A DNA stretch of 64,000 nucleotides. Source: an uncultured Nitrososphaeria archaeon (GTDB lineage: Archaea; Thermoproteota; Nitrososphaeria; Geothermarchaeales; JDFR-13). The translations under genes were made by a program, and so were the position numbers. The DNA lies in the NCBI GenBank assembly GCA_964437705.1, contig CAYTHX010000008.1, forward strand, positions 7,590-71,589, written 5' to 3'. The notes below the pieces were generated by a model. The model had not been told where the DNA came from, ran no database searches, and was given only the letters and a program-made list of their open reading frames with translations. Every line of letters starts with the position of its first letter. Within the stretch, counting starts at the first letter, position 1. Shown here one piece after another: positions 19,524 to 29,932 of the stretch.

Positions 19524-20657
19524 ATGACGAGGAATGTCATCTACGCTATAATTGGGCTATGTATAATAGTAGTGTTAATAGCTGGCGGTATATTCGCTTT
19601 TCACATAATTGGAAGTAAAACTGGAATAGAGTATGGTACTAATATTTTAATTAAGGGGGATGGAGCGACTTTCCCAGAGCCTCAGATTCAAGCTTGGATC
19701 AATGCCTATACATCTATGAAGAAAAACGTTAAAATTGAATATGCAGGTGTTGGTAGTGGGCAAGGGCAAAGCGATTTTATTAATGGTATTGTAGATTTTG
19801 CTGGTAGTGATCCTCCTCTTAAATCTGATAAGTGGAGTGAAGCTGTTAAGAAGTATGGTAAGGTTTATCAGTTTCCAATAATTGCTGGTGCCGTAGCTAT
19901 CGCATATAATATACCAGAGATCCCAGATACATATCACCTAAAACTTTCCTCAAGTGTTCTAGTAAATGTTTTACTTGGGAAAATCGTATACTGGGATGAT
20001 GACAGAATTAAGGAGTTAAATCCTGATATTACTGATAAACTACCACATAAGGAAATTATCTTTGTACATAGAAGTGATTCAAGTGGAACAACACAAATAT
20101 TCACAACATACTTAAGTTTAGTATCTACTGAATGGAAGAGTACAGTTGGTTCTGGTAAACTTGTCGAATGGCCGCTAGATGCTACTGGAAGAGGATTAGG
20201 TGCTAAGGGAAATCCAGGTGTAGCTTCTACATTAAAATCTACTCCTTATTCTATGGGGTATGTAGAGTTGGCATTTACAAAGGGGTTGGGGGTTGTAGCT
20301 CTAGAGAATAGAGAGGGGAACTTTGTTATTCCAACTGAAGAGTCAATTAAAGAGTCTCTAAAACAAGTATCTTATGTACTACCTTCTCCAGATAAAAACT
20401 GGGATGAATATAATATTCTAGAGAAGATTCTTAATCCACCTGGTGAAAATAGCTACCCAGTAATTGCGTTTAGTCACTTCATAGTTAAGGGAGCTAATAA
20501 CTATGATGAAAATGTTGCTAAAGCACTAGCAGATTTCATCGAGTGGGTGTTAACAGAGGGTCAGAAAGGTGAGTATATTGTTGAGGGTTATGTAGCGCTA
20601 CCTCCAGAAATAGCTCAAATAGGTTTGAAGGTAGCTGAGGAGTTGAGGGGAGGCTAA
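19524..20657 (+). CDS. pstS: Phosphate ABC transporter binding protein
   Basis: GATFP, GVGSGQG, DFAGSD, HRSDSSGTT; N-terminal anchor. Confidence 0.95.
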   Translation: MTRNVIYAIIGLCIIVVLIAGGIFAFHIIGSKTGIEYGTNILIKGDGATFPEPQIQAWINAYTSMKKNVKIEYAGVGSGQGQSDFINGIVDFAGSDPPLKSDKWSEAVKKYGKVYQFPIIAGAVAIAYNIPEIPDTYHLKLSSSVLVNVLLGKIVYWDDDRIKELNPDITDKLPHKEIIFVHRSDSSGTTQIFTTYLSLVSTEWKSTVGSGKLVEWPLDATGRGLGAKGNPGVASTLKSTPYSMGYVELAFTKGLGVVALENREGNFVIPTEESIKESLKQVSYVLPSPDKNWDEYNILEKILNPPGENSYPVIAFSHFIVKGANNYDENVAKALADFIEWVLTEGQKGEYIVEGYVALPPEIAQIGLKVAEELRGG

Positions 20658-21577
20658 TGGATAGATTTAAATTCCTTACCTCTTTTTTTCCATCAATTCT
20701 AATCCTCATCTTCTCCTCTATGTTTATAGTCTTAATTTACAATTCCCTTCCTATCCTCGAGCGGGAGGGTATCAGATTTATAACTGATAGTACTTGGAGA
20801 GCTTCTGAAAGTAATCCTGAGGAAGAGTGGTATGGTATTGCAACAGCACTGTGGGGAACACTCTACACCGCTATATTAGCTACAGCTATAACATTACCGT
20901 TATCCCTATCAACAGCTATATTTATATGTGAATTTGCACCTAGGAAAGTAAGGGAGTTTCTAGCAATTACCCTTGATATGATGGCTACACTACCAACTGT
21001 TGTTTATGGTGTATGGGGTATGACTATTCTCGCACCAACAGTAAGAGATCACGTAATTATCCCTATAGTTGAGGCTTTAGGATGGACACTAATATTTAGT
21101 GAATACTCACCATCTGGTCAATGTATATTTACAGCAGCGTTAGTACTTGCAATAATGAATATTCCATATGCAACAGCTATCCTTAGAGAAGCATATACGA
21201 TGATCCCACAAGTATATCGAGAGGGAATTATAAGTTTAGGAGCAACACGTACAGAGGCTATAAGAATACTACTAGGAATGATTAAGCATGCTATAATTGC
21301 AGCTGTAGCGTTAAGTTTCGGTAAAGCTGTTGGAGAAACAACTGCAGTAACACTAACAGTAGGAAATTCATTTAAAATGAGTTTATCCCCATTTGTAGCT
21401 GGATATACCGTTACAAGTTTACTTGTTAATCAATTTGGAAATGCCTATACGTACAAGTATGCTTCATATGCACTATATGGAGCAGCACTGGTCATGTTGT
21501 TAATAAATACTATATGTATTCTTGCTGGTTTAACTTTGGCTTCGAGGTGGGCTAAGACATATGGTTTTAGAACATAA
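20657..21577 (+). CDS. pstC: Phosphate ABC permease
   Basis: LPTVVYGVWG, GKAVGET; operon position. Confidence 0.92.
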   Translation: MDRFKFLTSFFPSILILIFSSMFIVLIYNSLPILEREGIRFITDSTWRASESNPEEEWYGIATALWGTLYTAILATAITLPLSLSTAIFICEFAPRKVREFLAITLDMMATLPTVVYGVWGMTILAPTVRDHVIIPIVEALGWTLIFSEYSPSGQCIFTAALVLAIMNIPYATAILREAYTMIPQVYREGIISLGATRTEAIRILLGMIKHAIIAAVALSFGKAVGETTAVTLTVGNSFKMSLSPFVAGYTVTSLLVNQFGNAYTYKYASYALYGAALVMLLINTICILAGLTLASRWAKTYGFRT

Positions 21578-22415
21578 AAAAGCTAGGATTATTAAAGATA
21601 GAGTATTCACTATCATAATAATCGGATTAACTATACTCTCAATTCTACCACTCTTTCACATAACTATCGAAATTTGCATAAGAGGGTTACAAGCAATCAT
21701 GCAGTCAAAACTAGACTTTTTCTTTGGTGTTCCTTCCCCACCGGGATCTAGTCAATTAGGAGGTATTTGGCCAGCTATAATTGGGTCATTTGTAACAGTC
21801 TTATTAGCATCTCTAATAGGTATACCAATAAGCTTATTAACAAGCATATACATAATTGAGTACCCAAAATCAGTTTTGAGTAAGATTTGTGATAAGCTAG
21901 CTTTAATGCTTACGGAATTTCCAACAATTATCATAAGCCTATTCATTTATATTGTAGTAGTTGTACCGATGGGTACTCCATCAGCATTTGCTGCAGCATT
22001 ATCATTAACGATAATCATGATTCCATACATAACTATCCAAGCTAAGGAAGCTTTAAGAAGTATACCATTTACGTATAGAGAGGCTGCATATTCACTAGGA
22101 CTACCAAGATCTAAAGTTATATTTACTATTTTCTTAGGAATCGCTAGACGTGGTATACTAACTAGTATTCTAATTGGCGTTGCACGTGCACTTGGAGATA
22201 CAGCTTCAATACTATTTACAGCTGGCGCAGCTACATACTCATTTTATGGATTATTTGGACATGCAGGTGCAATTCCACTATTAATATTTAAGTTTATTCA
22301 GACAAGCTATGAGAACTGGATACAACTCGCATATGGAGCAGCATTTATACTAACTATCTCCACAATGATGATCATCCTTATACTTCGTTTATTGATTAAG
22401 GAGGTGAAGTTATAA
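21561..22415 (+). CDS. pstA: Phosphate ABC permease
   Basis: GGIWPAIIGS, REAAYSLG, ARALGDT. Confidence 0.92.
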   Translation: MVLEHKKARIIKDRVFTIIIIGLTILSILPLFHITIEICIRGLQAIMQSKLDFFFGVPSPPGSSQLGGIWPAIIGSFVTVLLASLIGIPISLLTSIYIIEYPKSVLSKICDKLALMLTEFPTIIISLFIYIVVVVPMGTPSAFAAALSLTIIMIPYITIQAKEALRSIPFTYREAAYSLGLPRSKVIFTIFLGIARRGILTSILIGVARALGDTASILFTAGAATYSFYGLFGHAGAIPLLIFKFIQTSYENWIQLAYGAAFILTISTMMIILILRLLIKEVKL

Positions 22416-23188
22416 TGTTGATAGATAGTGAGTATGTAATTGAAACTGCAAATTTAAATGTGTACTACGGGGAATTGAAGATTCTCGATAATATAAATAT
22501 TAGAATCCCTAGAAATGTTGTTTTCGCTATAATGGGCCCGTCTGGTAGTGGAAAATCAACATTACTAAGAACATTTAATAAGTTAATTTTGTTAAATCCA
22601 GATGCTAGGATTAAGGGAGTAGTTAAGCTTTTTGGTAAAAATATCTATAACCCTGGATATGATTATACAGAGATCTCTAAAGTGGTTGGAATAGTTTTTC
22701 AAACTCCAAATCCCTTTCCTCACCTATCAATTTATGATAACGTTGCTTTAGGTTTGAAGCTAAATGGAATTATAAAGTCACGAAATGAAATGGAAAGGCG
22801 TGTTCAAGAGGCTTTAGAGAAGGTTGGGTTATGGGATGAGGTTAAGGGTAAATTAAAAATGCCGTCTACCGAGCTTAGTATAGGGCAGAAGCAGAGATTA
22901 TGTATAGCAAGAACATTAGCATTGAAACCAAAAGTTATTTTGATGGATGAACCTACATCAAGCTTAGATCCATCTAACACTAGGAAGATTGAGGATTTAA
23001 TAATGGAGTTAAAGAGGGAAGCAACAGTTATTATTGTAACACATAGCCCTGCACAAGCATATAGGATTTCGGATTATGTAGCTTTCCTATTCTCAGGAAG
23101 GTTGATTGAAGTGGGTCCAACAAAAGAACTATTTGAGAACCCGTCACAAAAACTTCTTAAAGACTTTTTACGCGGTGGGTATGGATAA
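22415..23188 (+). CDS. pstB: Phosphate ABC ATPase
   Basis: GPSGSGKST, FQTPNPFP, QRLCIAR, MDEPTS. Confidence 0.95.
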   Translation: MLIDSEYVIETANLNVYYGELKILDNINIRIPRNVVFAIMGPSGSGKSTLLRTFNKLILLNPDARIKGVVKLFGKNIYNPGYDYTEISKVVGIVFQTPNPFPHLSIYDNVALGLKLNGIIKSRNEMERRVQEALEKVGLWDEVKGKLKMPSTELSIGQKQRLCIARTLALKPKVILMDEPTSSLDPSNTRKIEDLIMELKREATVIIVTHSPAQAYRISDYVAFLFSGRLIEVGPTKELFENPSQKLLKDFLRGGYG

Positions 23189-23236
23189 TGTTTAGGATAA
23201 ATAAAGAATTAATCTGAACATTTTAAGTTTACTAAA

Positions 23237-23830
23237 CTACTTGGAAGTACCTTTAATTAATATAGATATTTCATATAGACGTTTTACAAATTTACCGACG
23301 TCACTTAATGCTCGTTCATCATTCAAAATTTCACCTTTTTCAAATGCTTCTCCTTGTAATCCTGGACAGCCAATAATCATTCTATGTTTAATCATCCATG
23401 CGTATATTGCTTGTAGAGCTTGCTCTAATCCATAGCCCCTCCCAACTACAACAGCACCACCAACTTTATTCTTTAATTTTCCTCTAATACTCCAAGTCCT
23501 ATCCATAAAAATCTTAACATAACTACTAACATTATTAAAGTAAACTGGACTAGCAACAACAATAATATCAGAATTAAACAATTTCGGAAATACTATTCTT
23601 CTAATATCATCATTAATACAACAGATACCCTCTTCTAAACACTTTCTACATTCAACACAAGGCTTAATATCTAAGTTACTTAACTTAATCTTATCAACAC
23701 TAGCTCCTAGCTCAATAAACCTATCTTTTATAATGTCAATTAAAATCTCAGTATTACCTTTAACTCTAGGGCTTCCATCAATACACAAAATTTTAATATT
23801 CATGTAAATCACGTTAACTCTATTTACCAA
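23237..23830 (-). CDS. Iron-sulfur flavoprotein / flavodoxin family
   Basis: GSPRxxGNT, CxxCxxC-x5-C, ASPVYF. Confidence 0.9.
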   Translation of the reverse strand: MVNRVNVIYMNIKILCIDGSPRVKGNTEILIDIIKDRFIELGASVDKIKLSNLDIKPCVECRKCLEEGICCINDDIRRIVFPKLFNSDIIVVASPVYFNNVSSYVKIFMDRTWSIRGKLKNKVGGAVVVGRGYGLEQALQAIYAWMIKHRMIIGCPGLQGEAFEKGEILNDERALSDVGKFVKRLYEISILIKGTSK

Positions 23831-23936
23831 AATAATTTACTTAGCTAACTATTCTACCTAGCGTTAATATTTTAAATTTATTTTTTGAAAAGATTTATTT
23901 CTATTCTCACCATAATATTTTGGTGAAAATATTACC

Positions 23937-25190
23937 ATGATAATAGAAAGAAGAGAAGCTCAACAACTTAAAAAGATTGATAGCTGGATTCTAGTATATG
24001 GCCGTAGAAAAACTGGAAAAACCTTCTTACTTAGAAGGTATGTAAATTGGAATTTGTATATAACCGTTACAAGGGGTTTTTCCGCGATTACAGAGGAGAG
24101 AAATGGTGATATAAGGTTTTCTAATATTAAAGATGCCCTTCTCAATGTTACTAGGTATATAGAGAGTGGAGGAATCGTAGTTATTGATGAATTTCAAAGA
24201 GTTCCATATGAATTCTGGGATTTAATAGCGGTTACTAAACATAGAGGAGGTGGTAAAGTTATCCTATGTGGATCTAGTTTTTCAATTACTCGAGATGTTT
24301 TTGATAAAAGAAGTCCATTACTAGGTTTATTTGCACCAATAGAAATCGGTTTAGTTCATCCGGCAGACGCTATATACTCTTTTCAAAAAATATTTTCTGT
24401 TAAGGATGCTTTCCTATGGGGATTGATAGCTAGGGATCCATGGATACTCGGGCTAGTTAAACCTAAGAATGGTGTAATAACTACTATAATAGAGAATTAT
24501 AAGCCTTTAGTTTCTTCAGTTTCTGGATTAGTTGGAGAAGTATTTGAAGAGGAAGATAGGAAGTTAACTAGACTTTATGATGCTGTACTACGTCTCCTAT
24601 CTCTCAACTATTGGTCATCAGCAGATATTGCTCAAAAGCTCTACGAATCCAGATTAATCGAGAAGCCTGAGATGGGAATTGTTACTGGTATACTTAATCA
24701 GTTGTACAACATGGGTTTTGTAGATAAAGTAAAATTAGTTTACACTAGAGGGGGGAGAACATATTATAGGCATAAGTCAAGCTTAATTTCTCTACTACTA
24801 TATATCGATGAGAAGTATGGAGATAGGGATGTAAAGCCTAATCTAGATGATATAGCAAGTAAAATTGGTTTCGAGTTACAGTTTTTCTTAGGTGAAATAC
24901 TAGCTGAATATAAAAAGTTGGATAGAGGATACCTAATTATGCCTAGAGGAGAGGGTGATATAGATATCGTTTTACTATCAAGAGGTAGACCAGTTATAGC
25001 ATATGAAGTTAAAATAGGGCCAATAACTGTTAATGAAGCTAGGAAAGCTGTTAAAAATATGGAGAGATATGATTTTCTAAAGACAGGTTTAATAAGCTTA
25101 TCTGAAGAACCACCGCAGTTAGCAGATGAAGTATTAGGTCCAGAAAAATTAGTTAATATTGTTAGAGGGTTAAGGGGAGGATTGGGCTAG
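23937..25190 (+). CDS. Archaeal P-loop ATPase with C-terminal PD-(D/E)xK-like domain
   Basis: YGRRKTGKT, IDEFQ, CGSS; DIDIV...YEVK near the C-terminus. Confidence 0.85.
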   Translation: MIIERREAQQLKKIDSWILVYGRRKTGKTFLLRRYVNWNLYITVTRGFSAITEERNGDIRFSNIKDALLNVTRYIESGGIVVIDEFQRVPYEFWDLIAVTKHRGGGKVILCGSSFSITRDVFDKRSPLLGLFAPIEIGLVHPADAIYSFQKIFSVKDAFLWGLIARDPWILGLVKPKNGVITTIIENYKPLVSSVSGLVGEVFEEEDRKLTRLYDAVLRLLSLNYWSSADIAQKLYESRLIEKPEMGIVTGILNQLYNMGFVDKVKLVYTRGGRTYYRHKSSLISLLLYIDEKYGDRDVKPNLDDIASKIGFELQFFLGEILAEYKKLDRGYLIMPRGEGDIDIVLLSRGRPVIAYEVKIGPITVNEARKAVKNMERYDFLKTGLISLSEEPPQLADEVLGPEKLVNIVRGLRGGLG

Positions 25191-26187
25191 GTGGAAGACC
25201 AGCGATCTTCGCTAGAAATATAAAAGCCGAAGATACAGCAATTATAATTATTAAATTAACTACTTGACTCAGTATTATGTATCTTAACTTTCTTCCATGT
25301 CTCTCGATAATACTTGATGGATATCTAAATAATCTTGAAATTATATTTGGCAGTGGTAGAAGGAATGGAGTTTTCTCTCTATACTGAATATATTTCTCTC
25401 CATACTCTTTCTCCATAAACATCTCTTCCCATTCAGTAACTACTAGTACAACTAGAGTTTGTATTGTCCAGATTAATGTTGGTGGTGGTACATAGCCTCC
25501 TTTAGGTGCGGGTAAACCAGTTGACAATACTAATAATCCATAGCTCCAAATTATATATCCTAAATACTGAGGATGTCTACTATATCTATAAATCCAAAAA
25601 TCAATAATTTCGATTCCTTTGTACTTTCCATATAGCCAAGTTGATACTCCAATTGTGAATATTAGTATGCCTAAGAATATTATAACTAGTGATGCCGGGA
25701 CTAAAATATTTGTATGTGCTACATATGGAATTGAGGCTCCATATAAAATGGCTACTATAGTATTAATAATTAGAAATGGTAGTAAGACAATTACGCATGA
25801 ATTAATAATATTCGGATTAACCTCAAGAAATGGAAGCCACAAGGCTCTTAAAGCTCCAATACCAGCTAAGAAAAACATAGAAAAGGCAAAGTAACCAAAT
25901 GTCGGAAGGAAAAATACAAATGAACCTAAAATAGATAAGCTTCCTTTCTTAAAGATAAAACCGAGAATTATTAGGGCAATAATAATTACAAGGCATATAG
26001 CGCCGATAATTCTTAAAAAGTTTAAGGCTTGTTGCATACCTTCGATATCCCACATTAGAAAGTAATCTGGAACTATACCTAGTAGGAGCTGATGCATATA
26101 TCTAGGTAGCTCTACGGTAAGATAAAATAATGCTAGAGAGAATACAGCTGATAATAAGCCAATAATGATGCCAACAAAGACAGACAA
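25162..26187 (-). CDS. Membrane protein with ICMT/PEMT-like methyltransferase domain
   Basis: Multi-TM; IYRYSRHPQYLG and EE...YGEKYxxYxxKTP. Confidence 0.75.
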   Translation of the reverse strand: MSVFVGIIIGLLSAVFSLALFYLTVELPRYMHQLLLGIVPDYFLMWDIEGMQQALNFLRIIGAICLVIIIALIILGFIFKKGSLSILGSFVFFLPTFGYFAFSMFFLAGIGALRALWLPFLEVNPNIINSCVIVLLPFLIINTIVAILYGASIPYVAHTNILVPASLVIIFLGILIFTIGVSTWLYGKYKGIEIIDFWIYRYSRHPQYLGYIIWSYGLLVLSTGLPAPKGGYVPPPTLIWTIQTLVVLVVTEWEEMFMEKEYGEKYIQYREKTPFLLPLPNIISRLFRYPSSIIERHGRKLRYIILSQVVNLIIIIAVSSAFIFLAKIAGLPPSPILPLTL

Positions 26188-26460
26188 GTAAGTTCACCAA
26201 AGGTAAATATGTTGGGAGCTAACTAATATAAGAGGAAAGTTCTAGAATAATCATTATTTTCTCTAGAGGTGATCAAGTACTTCTCAAAATTTCTAAACTA
26301 GGTAATATTTGTAGTATTAACTTTTACTTGTTAGTATTTTATTCTACACTCTACTCTAATGAGTAGAGAGTGAAGTATATGTTTCTATAACAATATATAT
26401 GTGCTTCCGTTTTATTTGGTATGGTTGGGATGTTATATTGGTGATACTGCTTTGTTCGAG

Positions 26461-26680
26461 AATTTAGTTGATATATTGAAGCGTTTTATTAAAGTGATTG
26501 CTACTAGATTACCTAATGATGTTCTTGAGTTCTTAGAGAAGGCTAGGTCAGTTGACTCCAGTGGTTTAGCTGGTCTAGCATACAAAGTAGTATTTGACAA
26601 TTTAGATGTTGCTTTATGTGAAGGCATCATGATTTATTGAGATATTGGTGTGCTATTCTCATTTCCAGGAGATATCATAT
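26461..26680 (+). pseudogene. Remnant of Fe-S fumarate hydratase / tartrate dehydratase alpha subunit N-terminus
   Basis: RLPNDVLEFLEKA...DNLDVA...IY*DIG, where the CQDTG motif is expected; ends approximate. Confidence 0.55.
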
Positions 26681-26735
26681 AATTTTTTGCACTATTAAGA
26701 TTTTCTATTTTTTCTGAAATTAGTATTATTAGTAG

Positions 26736-27611
26736 GTGTATGTGATGCGCTATATTGTCTCAGCGACATTTGAGATCTCAGCTATTAAGAAGGGTATTCT
26801 TAATCGCTTTTCAGGGTTAAGCATTAGATCATTATTATACAACAAGATTTTAGCATCATTCCTTGATGCTGAAAGTATTCATGAATATAAGGGGTTAAAA
26901 CCATTTAGTGTTTCACCGATATATGATTACCTAAAAGGTAGGCCTATGGTTTTCGATAGGGGAAGTGAATTTCAGCATGGTTTCTTTAAAGTAAACTTTC
27001 TGTCAATAAAGGATTACTATAAAGTTATAGATGCATTAACAAAATATGATGCGTTAATGATCGACGGTATACAAACAAAAGTTCTTAATATTGAGTTTTC
27101 AATTAAGTCGTACAATCAGCTCGTAAATAATACAAAGGTTATTAATGAATTCACAATCAATTTCATAACGCCAACATCCATTAGAGCATCACCATATTAT
27201 ATTAAAACGGTTAAAGTTAATGGTAAACGTAGGGTTATAGTTAAAAAGAAAAATAAGAGGAAGGTTACATATTTACCAATTCCACAGCCAAATTTACTTT
27301 TCAAAAGTATTCTTAGACAATTGAGGAAATTTAGTGGATTAGAAAGTTTTCCATTTAGTGAGATCTCTGACTTTATCGAATCTGACGGTGTATTTATAAA
27401 GGGGTATGATGATGGAATAAGAACTAGATTAATTAAAATTTCTCCTAAAGAGATGTATCTAGGTTTTGTGGGTAAAGTAACATTTAGAGTAGACTCAGAA
27501 AATGAGTACTCAAAATTTATTTATACCTTACTCCACTATGCTGAATATTGTAATATTGGTGTTGGAAGAACAGCTGGCTTTGGATGGATAAAAACTATTC
27601 AAATGAGATAG
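26736..27611 (+). CDS. cas6: CRISPR endoribonuclease Cas6, stand-alone
   Basis: KPFSVSP, FITPT, GFVGKV and C-terminal G-loop NIGVGRTAGFG. Confidence 0.9.
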   Translation: MYVMRYIVSATFEISAIKKGILNRFSGLSIRSLLYNKILASFLDAESIHEYKGLKPFSVSPIYDYLKGRPMVFDRGSEFQHGFFKVNFLSIKDYYKVIDALTKYDALMIDGIQTKVLNIEFSIKSYNQLVNNTKVINEFTINFITPTSIRASPYYIKTVKVNGKRRVIVKKKNKRKVTYLPIPQPNLLFKSILRQLRKFSGLESFPFSEISDFIESDGVFIKGYDDGIRTRLIKISPKEMYLGFVGKVTFRVDSENEYSKFIYTLLHYAEYCNIGVGRTAGFGWIKTIQMR

Positions 27612-27625
27612 CTTTTAAATTCTAA

Positions 27626-28867
27626 TCACCCAATCGTTATCTTTAAATTATATATCATTTGAGGTAAGAACCTAGCTATTATATATCTCTGAATTTCATT
27701 TGTTCCCTCGTAAATTGTTGTTACTATCGAATCTCTTAAATATCTCTCAATACCAACTTCAAAATCTAAACCAAATCCACCGTGAATTTGAACTGCTTGC
27801 CTAGCACAAAATTCAGCAGTTTCTGTAGCAAATGTTTTAGCAATACTACCTGCAACAGCAACTTCAGGTAAAGCTTTATTAGGAGTATTTAATTGTTTTT
27901 CACTAATTTTAGCCGCCCAATATGTTAGTAATCTAGAGGCTTGTAATCTTATAAGCATATCCGAAATCTTATACGATATACCTTCAAACTGATAAATCTT
28001 CTTGTTAAATGCCTCTCTCTCAAGAGAGTATTTTAATGCTTTTTCAAATGCTCCTTGAGCTATACCAACTGCTTGAGCAGCAATATTAATTCTAGTAAAG
28101 TTTAAGAGTATCATTGCATATCTATACCCCATACCCTCAACACCAATTAAATTCTCTACAGGAACTTTAGCATCTTCAAAAATTAACTCATATGGTCTAT
28201 CACCACGCATACACATAACATTAATCTTCTGACCAATTTTTAGCCCTGGAGTGTTTTCTTTATCAACTAAAAGTAACGACATACCGGCATAAGGCTTATC
28301 CCTATCGATAGGCGTTGTCCTAGCTAAAATAATGATGTATTTTGCATATTCAACTGTACTTATAAGACACTTTTTCCCATTAACTATGTAATAATCCCCT
28401 CTTCTTTTAGCTGTAGTTTTAATACCAGCCAACCAACTACCAGCTTGAGGTTCTGTATATGCACAAGCGCCAATAGCACCATCAACAATTTCAGGTAAGA
28501 ATTTCTTTTTCTGATTTTCATTACCCCATAGCAAAAGTGCTAAAGTAGAGAAATCAGTTGTATCTAAAACTACACCTAATGATGGTATAGCTCTACTAAT
28601 TTCCTCTATAACAATCATTTTAGAAATTTGATCCCCACCCTCTCCACCATACTTCTCTGGTACGCATATACCAAATACTCCTAAACTCACTAAATCCCTA
28701 ATAATATCATCAGGGATAACATCGTTCTTCTCTACACTTTTCCATAAATCTTCTAGCTTATCACTAACGAACCTCCTTATAGTCTTTCTTAGAAGTTCAT
28801 GTTCAGGTTTAATAGGTATAGAATATATATCTAAAGAGTCAAATGGCAATACCATTAATGTCACCAA
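27626..28867 (-). CDS. Acyl-CoA dehydrogenase
   Basis: TEPQAGS, VQIHGG, IYEGTNEIQR. Confidence 0.95.
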   Translation of the reverse strand: MVTLMVLPFDSLDIYSIPIKPEHELLRKTIRRFVSDKLEDLWKSVEKNDVIPDDIIRDLVSLGVFGICVPEKYGGEGGDQISKMIVIEEISRAIPSLGVVLDTTDFSTLALLLWGNENQKKKFLPEIVDGAIGACAYTEPQAGSWLAGIKTTAKRRGDYYIVNGKKCLISTVEYAKYIIILARTTPIDRDKPYAGMSLLLVDKENTPGLKIGQKINVMCMRGDRPYELIFEDAKVPVENLIGVEGMGYRYAMILLNFTRINIAAQAVGIAQGAFEKALKYSLEREAFNKKIYQFEGISYKISDMLIRLQASRLLTYWAAKISEKQLNTPNKALPEVAVAGSIAKTFATETAEFCARQAVQIHGGFGLDFEVGIERYLRDSIVTTIYEGTNEIQRYIIARFLPQMIYNLKITIG

Positions 28868-29031
28868 AAATAAAAACTATGTCTCATACTATTTTACCAT
28901 TACTAATATTCATTTTTAACTTTATCAAGATTAAAAATAATAGAGTCGTCTTAGCTTTCGACATAGATCATGAAGCTTTAGAATCTCAGGCTTACAAGTA
29001 AATTTATAGTTACATAAATAGTCTTTAGTAA

Positions 29032-29742
29032 TTAAGTGGAAGAGGCATTTCTAAGTATGATTATGTAAATTTTTCCTTCTAACGCTGAATATTCATCATC
29101 AGAGAGTTTTACATACCTATACTCACCTTCATATACATATATATCACGATAGGTTAGCTTCACATCATTATTCCAAGCAAATCCATAAATAGAATATAAG
29201 GTGTTGTTCCATGTACAGGTAATGAAAATAATATTATCATACTCGTCTCTAGGCCAATTCCTAAAGTAAAGTTTAATTTCCTCTTTAGTAGCTTCCTGAT
29301 ATGATGCGTTTAATAATGTAACGCTAATTCCAAGTTTCTCAACATAACCTCCACTAACCTTATAAACTCCGATAACTTCTTCGGGTTTATTTAGGTATTT
29401 AATATTAATTATAAAGCCAATATTATATGTTTCTTCTTCACTAATTATAGCAATTAATGATCCATTAACTATAGCTTCAAGGATGCTCTCATAATCATAT
29501 TCAAGCACTTTTAGTAAAGCGGTAGTAGCATTCAACTTTTCATTCGTTTCTATAATGGGATGTATAGGTATGTTAATTATACTAGAGTTCTGTGTTTCAA
29601 TAGAAATATTTTTAAAGTTAATGCCTATGTTGCCTAAGCTAGGTGAGTTATCATACTTTAGCGCAACTGAAGCGCTTAATACAACAAGTATTCCCGCTAC
29701 AATAAATAGTATTATCTCTTTATACCCTATTTTACGCTCCAT
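29032..29742 (-). CDS. Hypothetical membrane-anchored protein
   Basis: N-terminal hydrophobic segment and several N-x-S/T sequons. Confidence 0.7.
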   Translation of the reverse strand: MERKIGYKEIILFIVAGILVVLSASVALKYDNSPSLGNIGINFKNISIETQNSSIINIPIHPIIETNEKLNATTALLKVLEYDYESILEAIVNGSLIAIISEEETYNIGFIINIKYLNKPEEVIGVYKVSGGYVEKLGISVTLLNASYQEATKEEIKLYFRNWPRDEYDNIIFITCTWNNTLYSIYGFAWNNDVKLTYRDIYVYEGEYRYVKLSDDEYSALEGKIYIIILRNASST

Positions 29743-29932
29743 CTCTAAAAGTATCTAAAAAACTACTTGATATTAAGACCTACATTTACCTATAGCTAAT
29801 AAAAAAGGTACTAATAGCTGATAAAGCAACGTACCTATAGTGGAGACTGAAAGATTTCAATAATATCCCTAACCTAGGGTTTATATCTAACTGAAATATT
29901 TCTCAAACAATATTTCTATTTGGTGACCTAGT

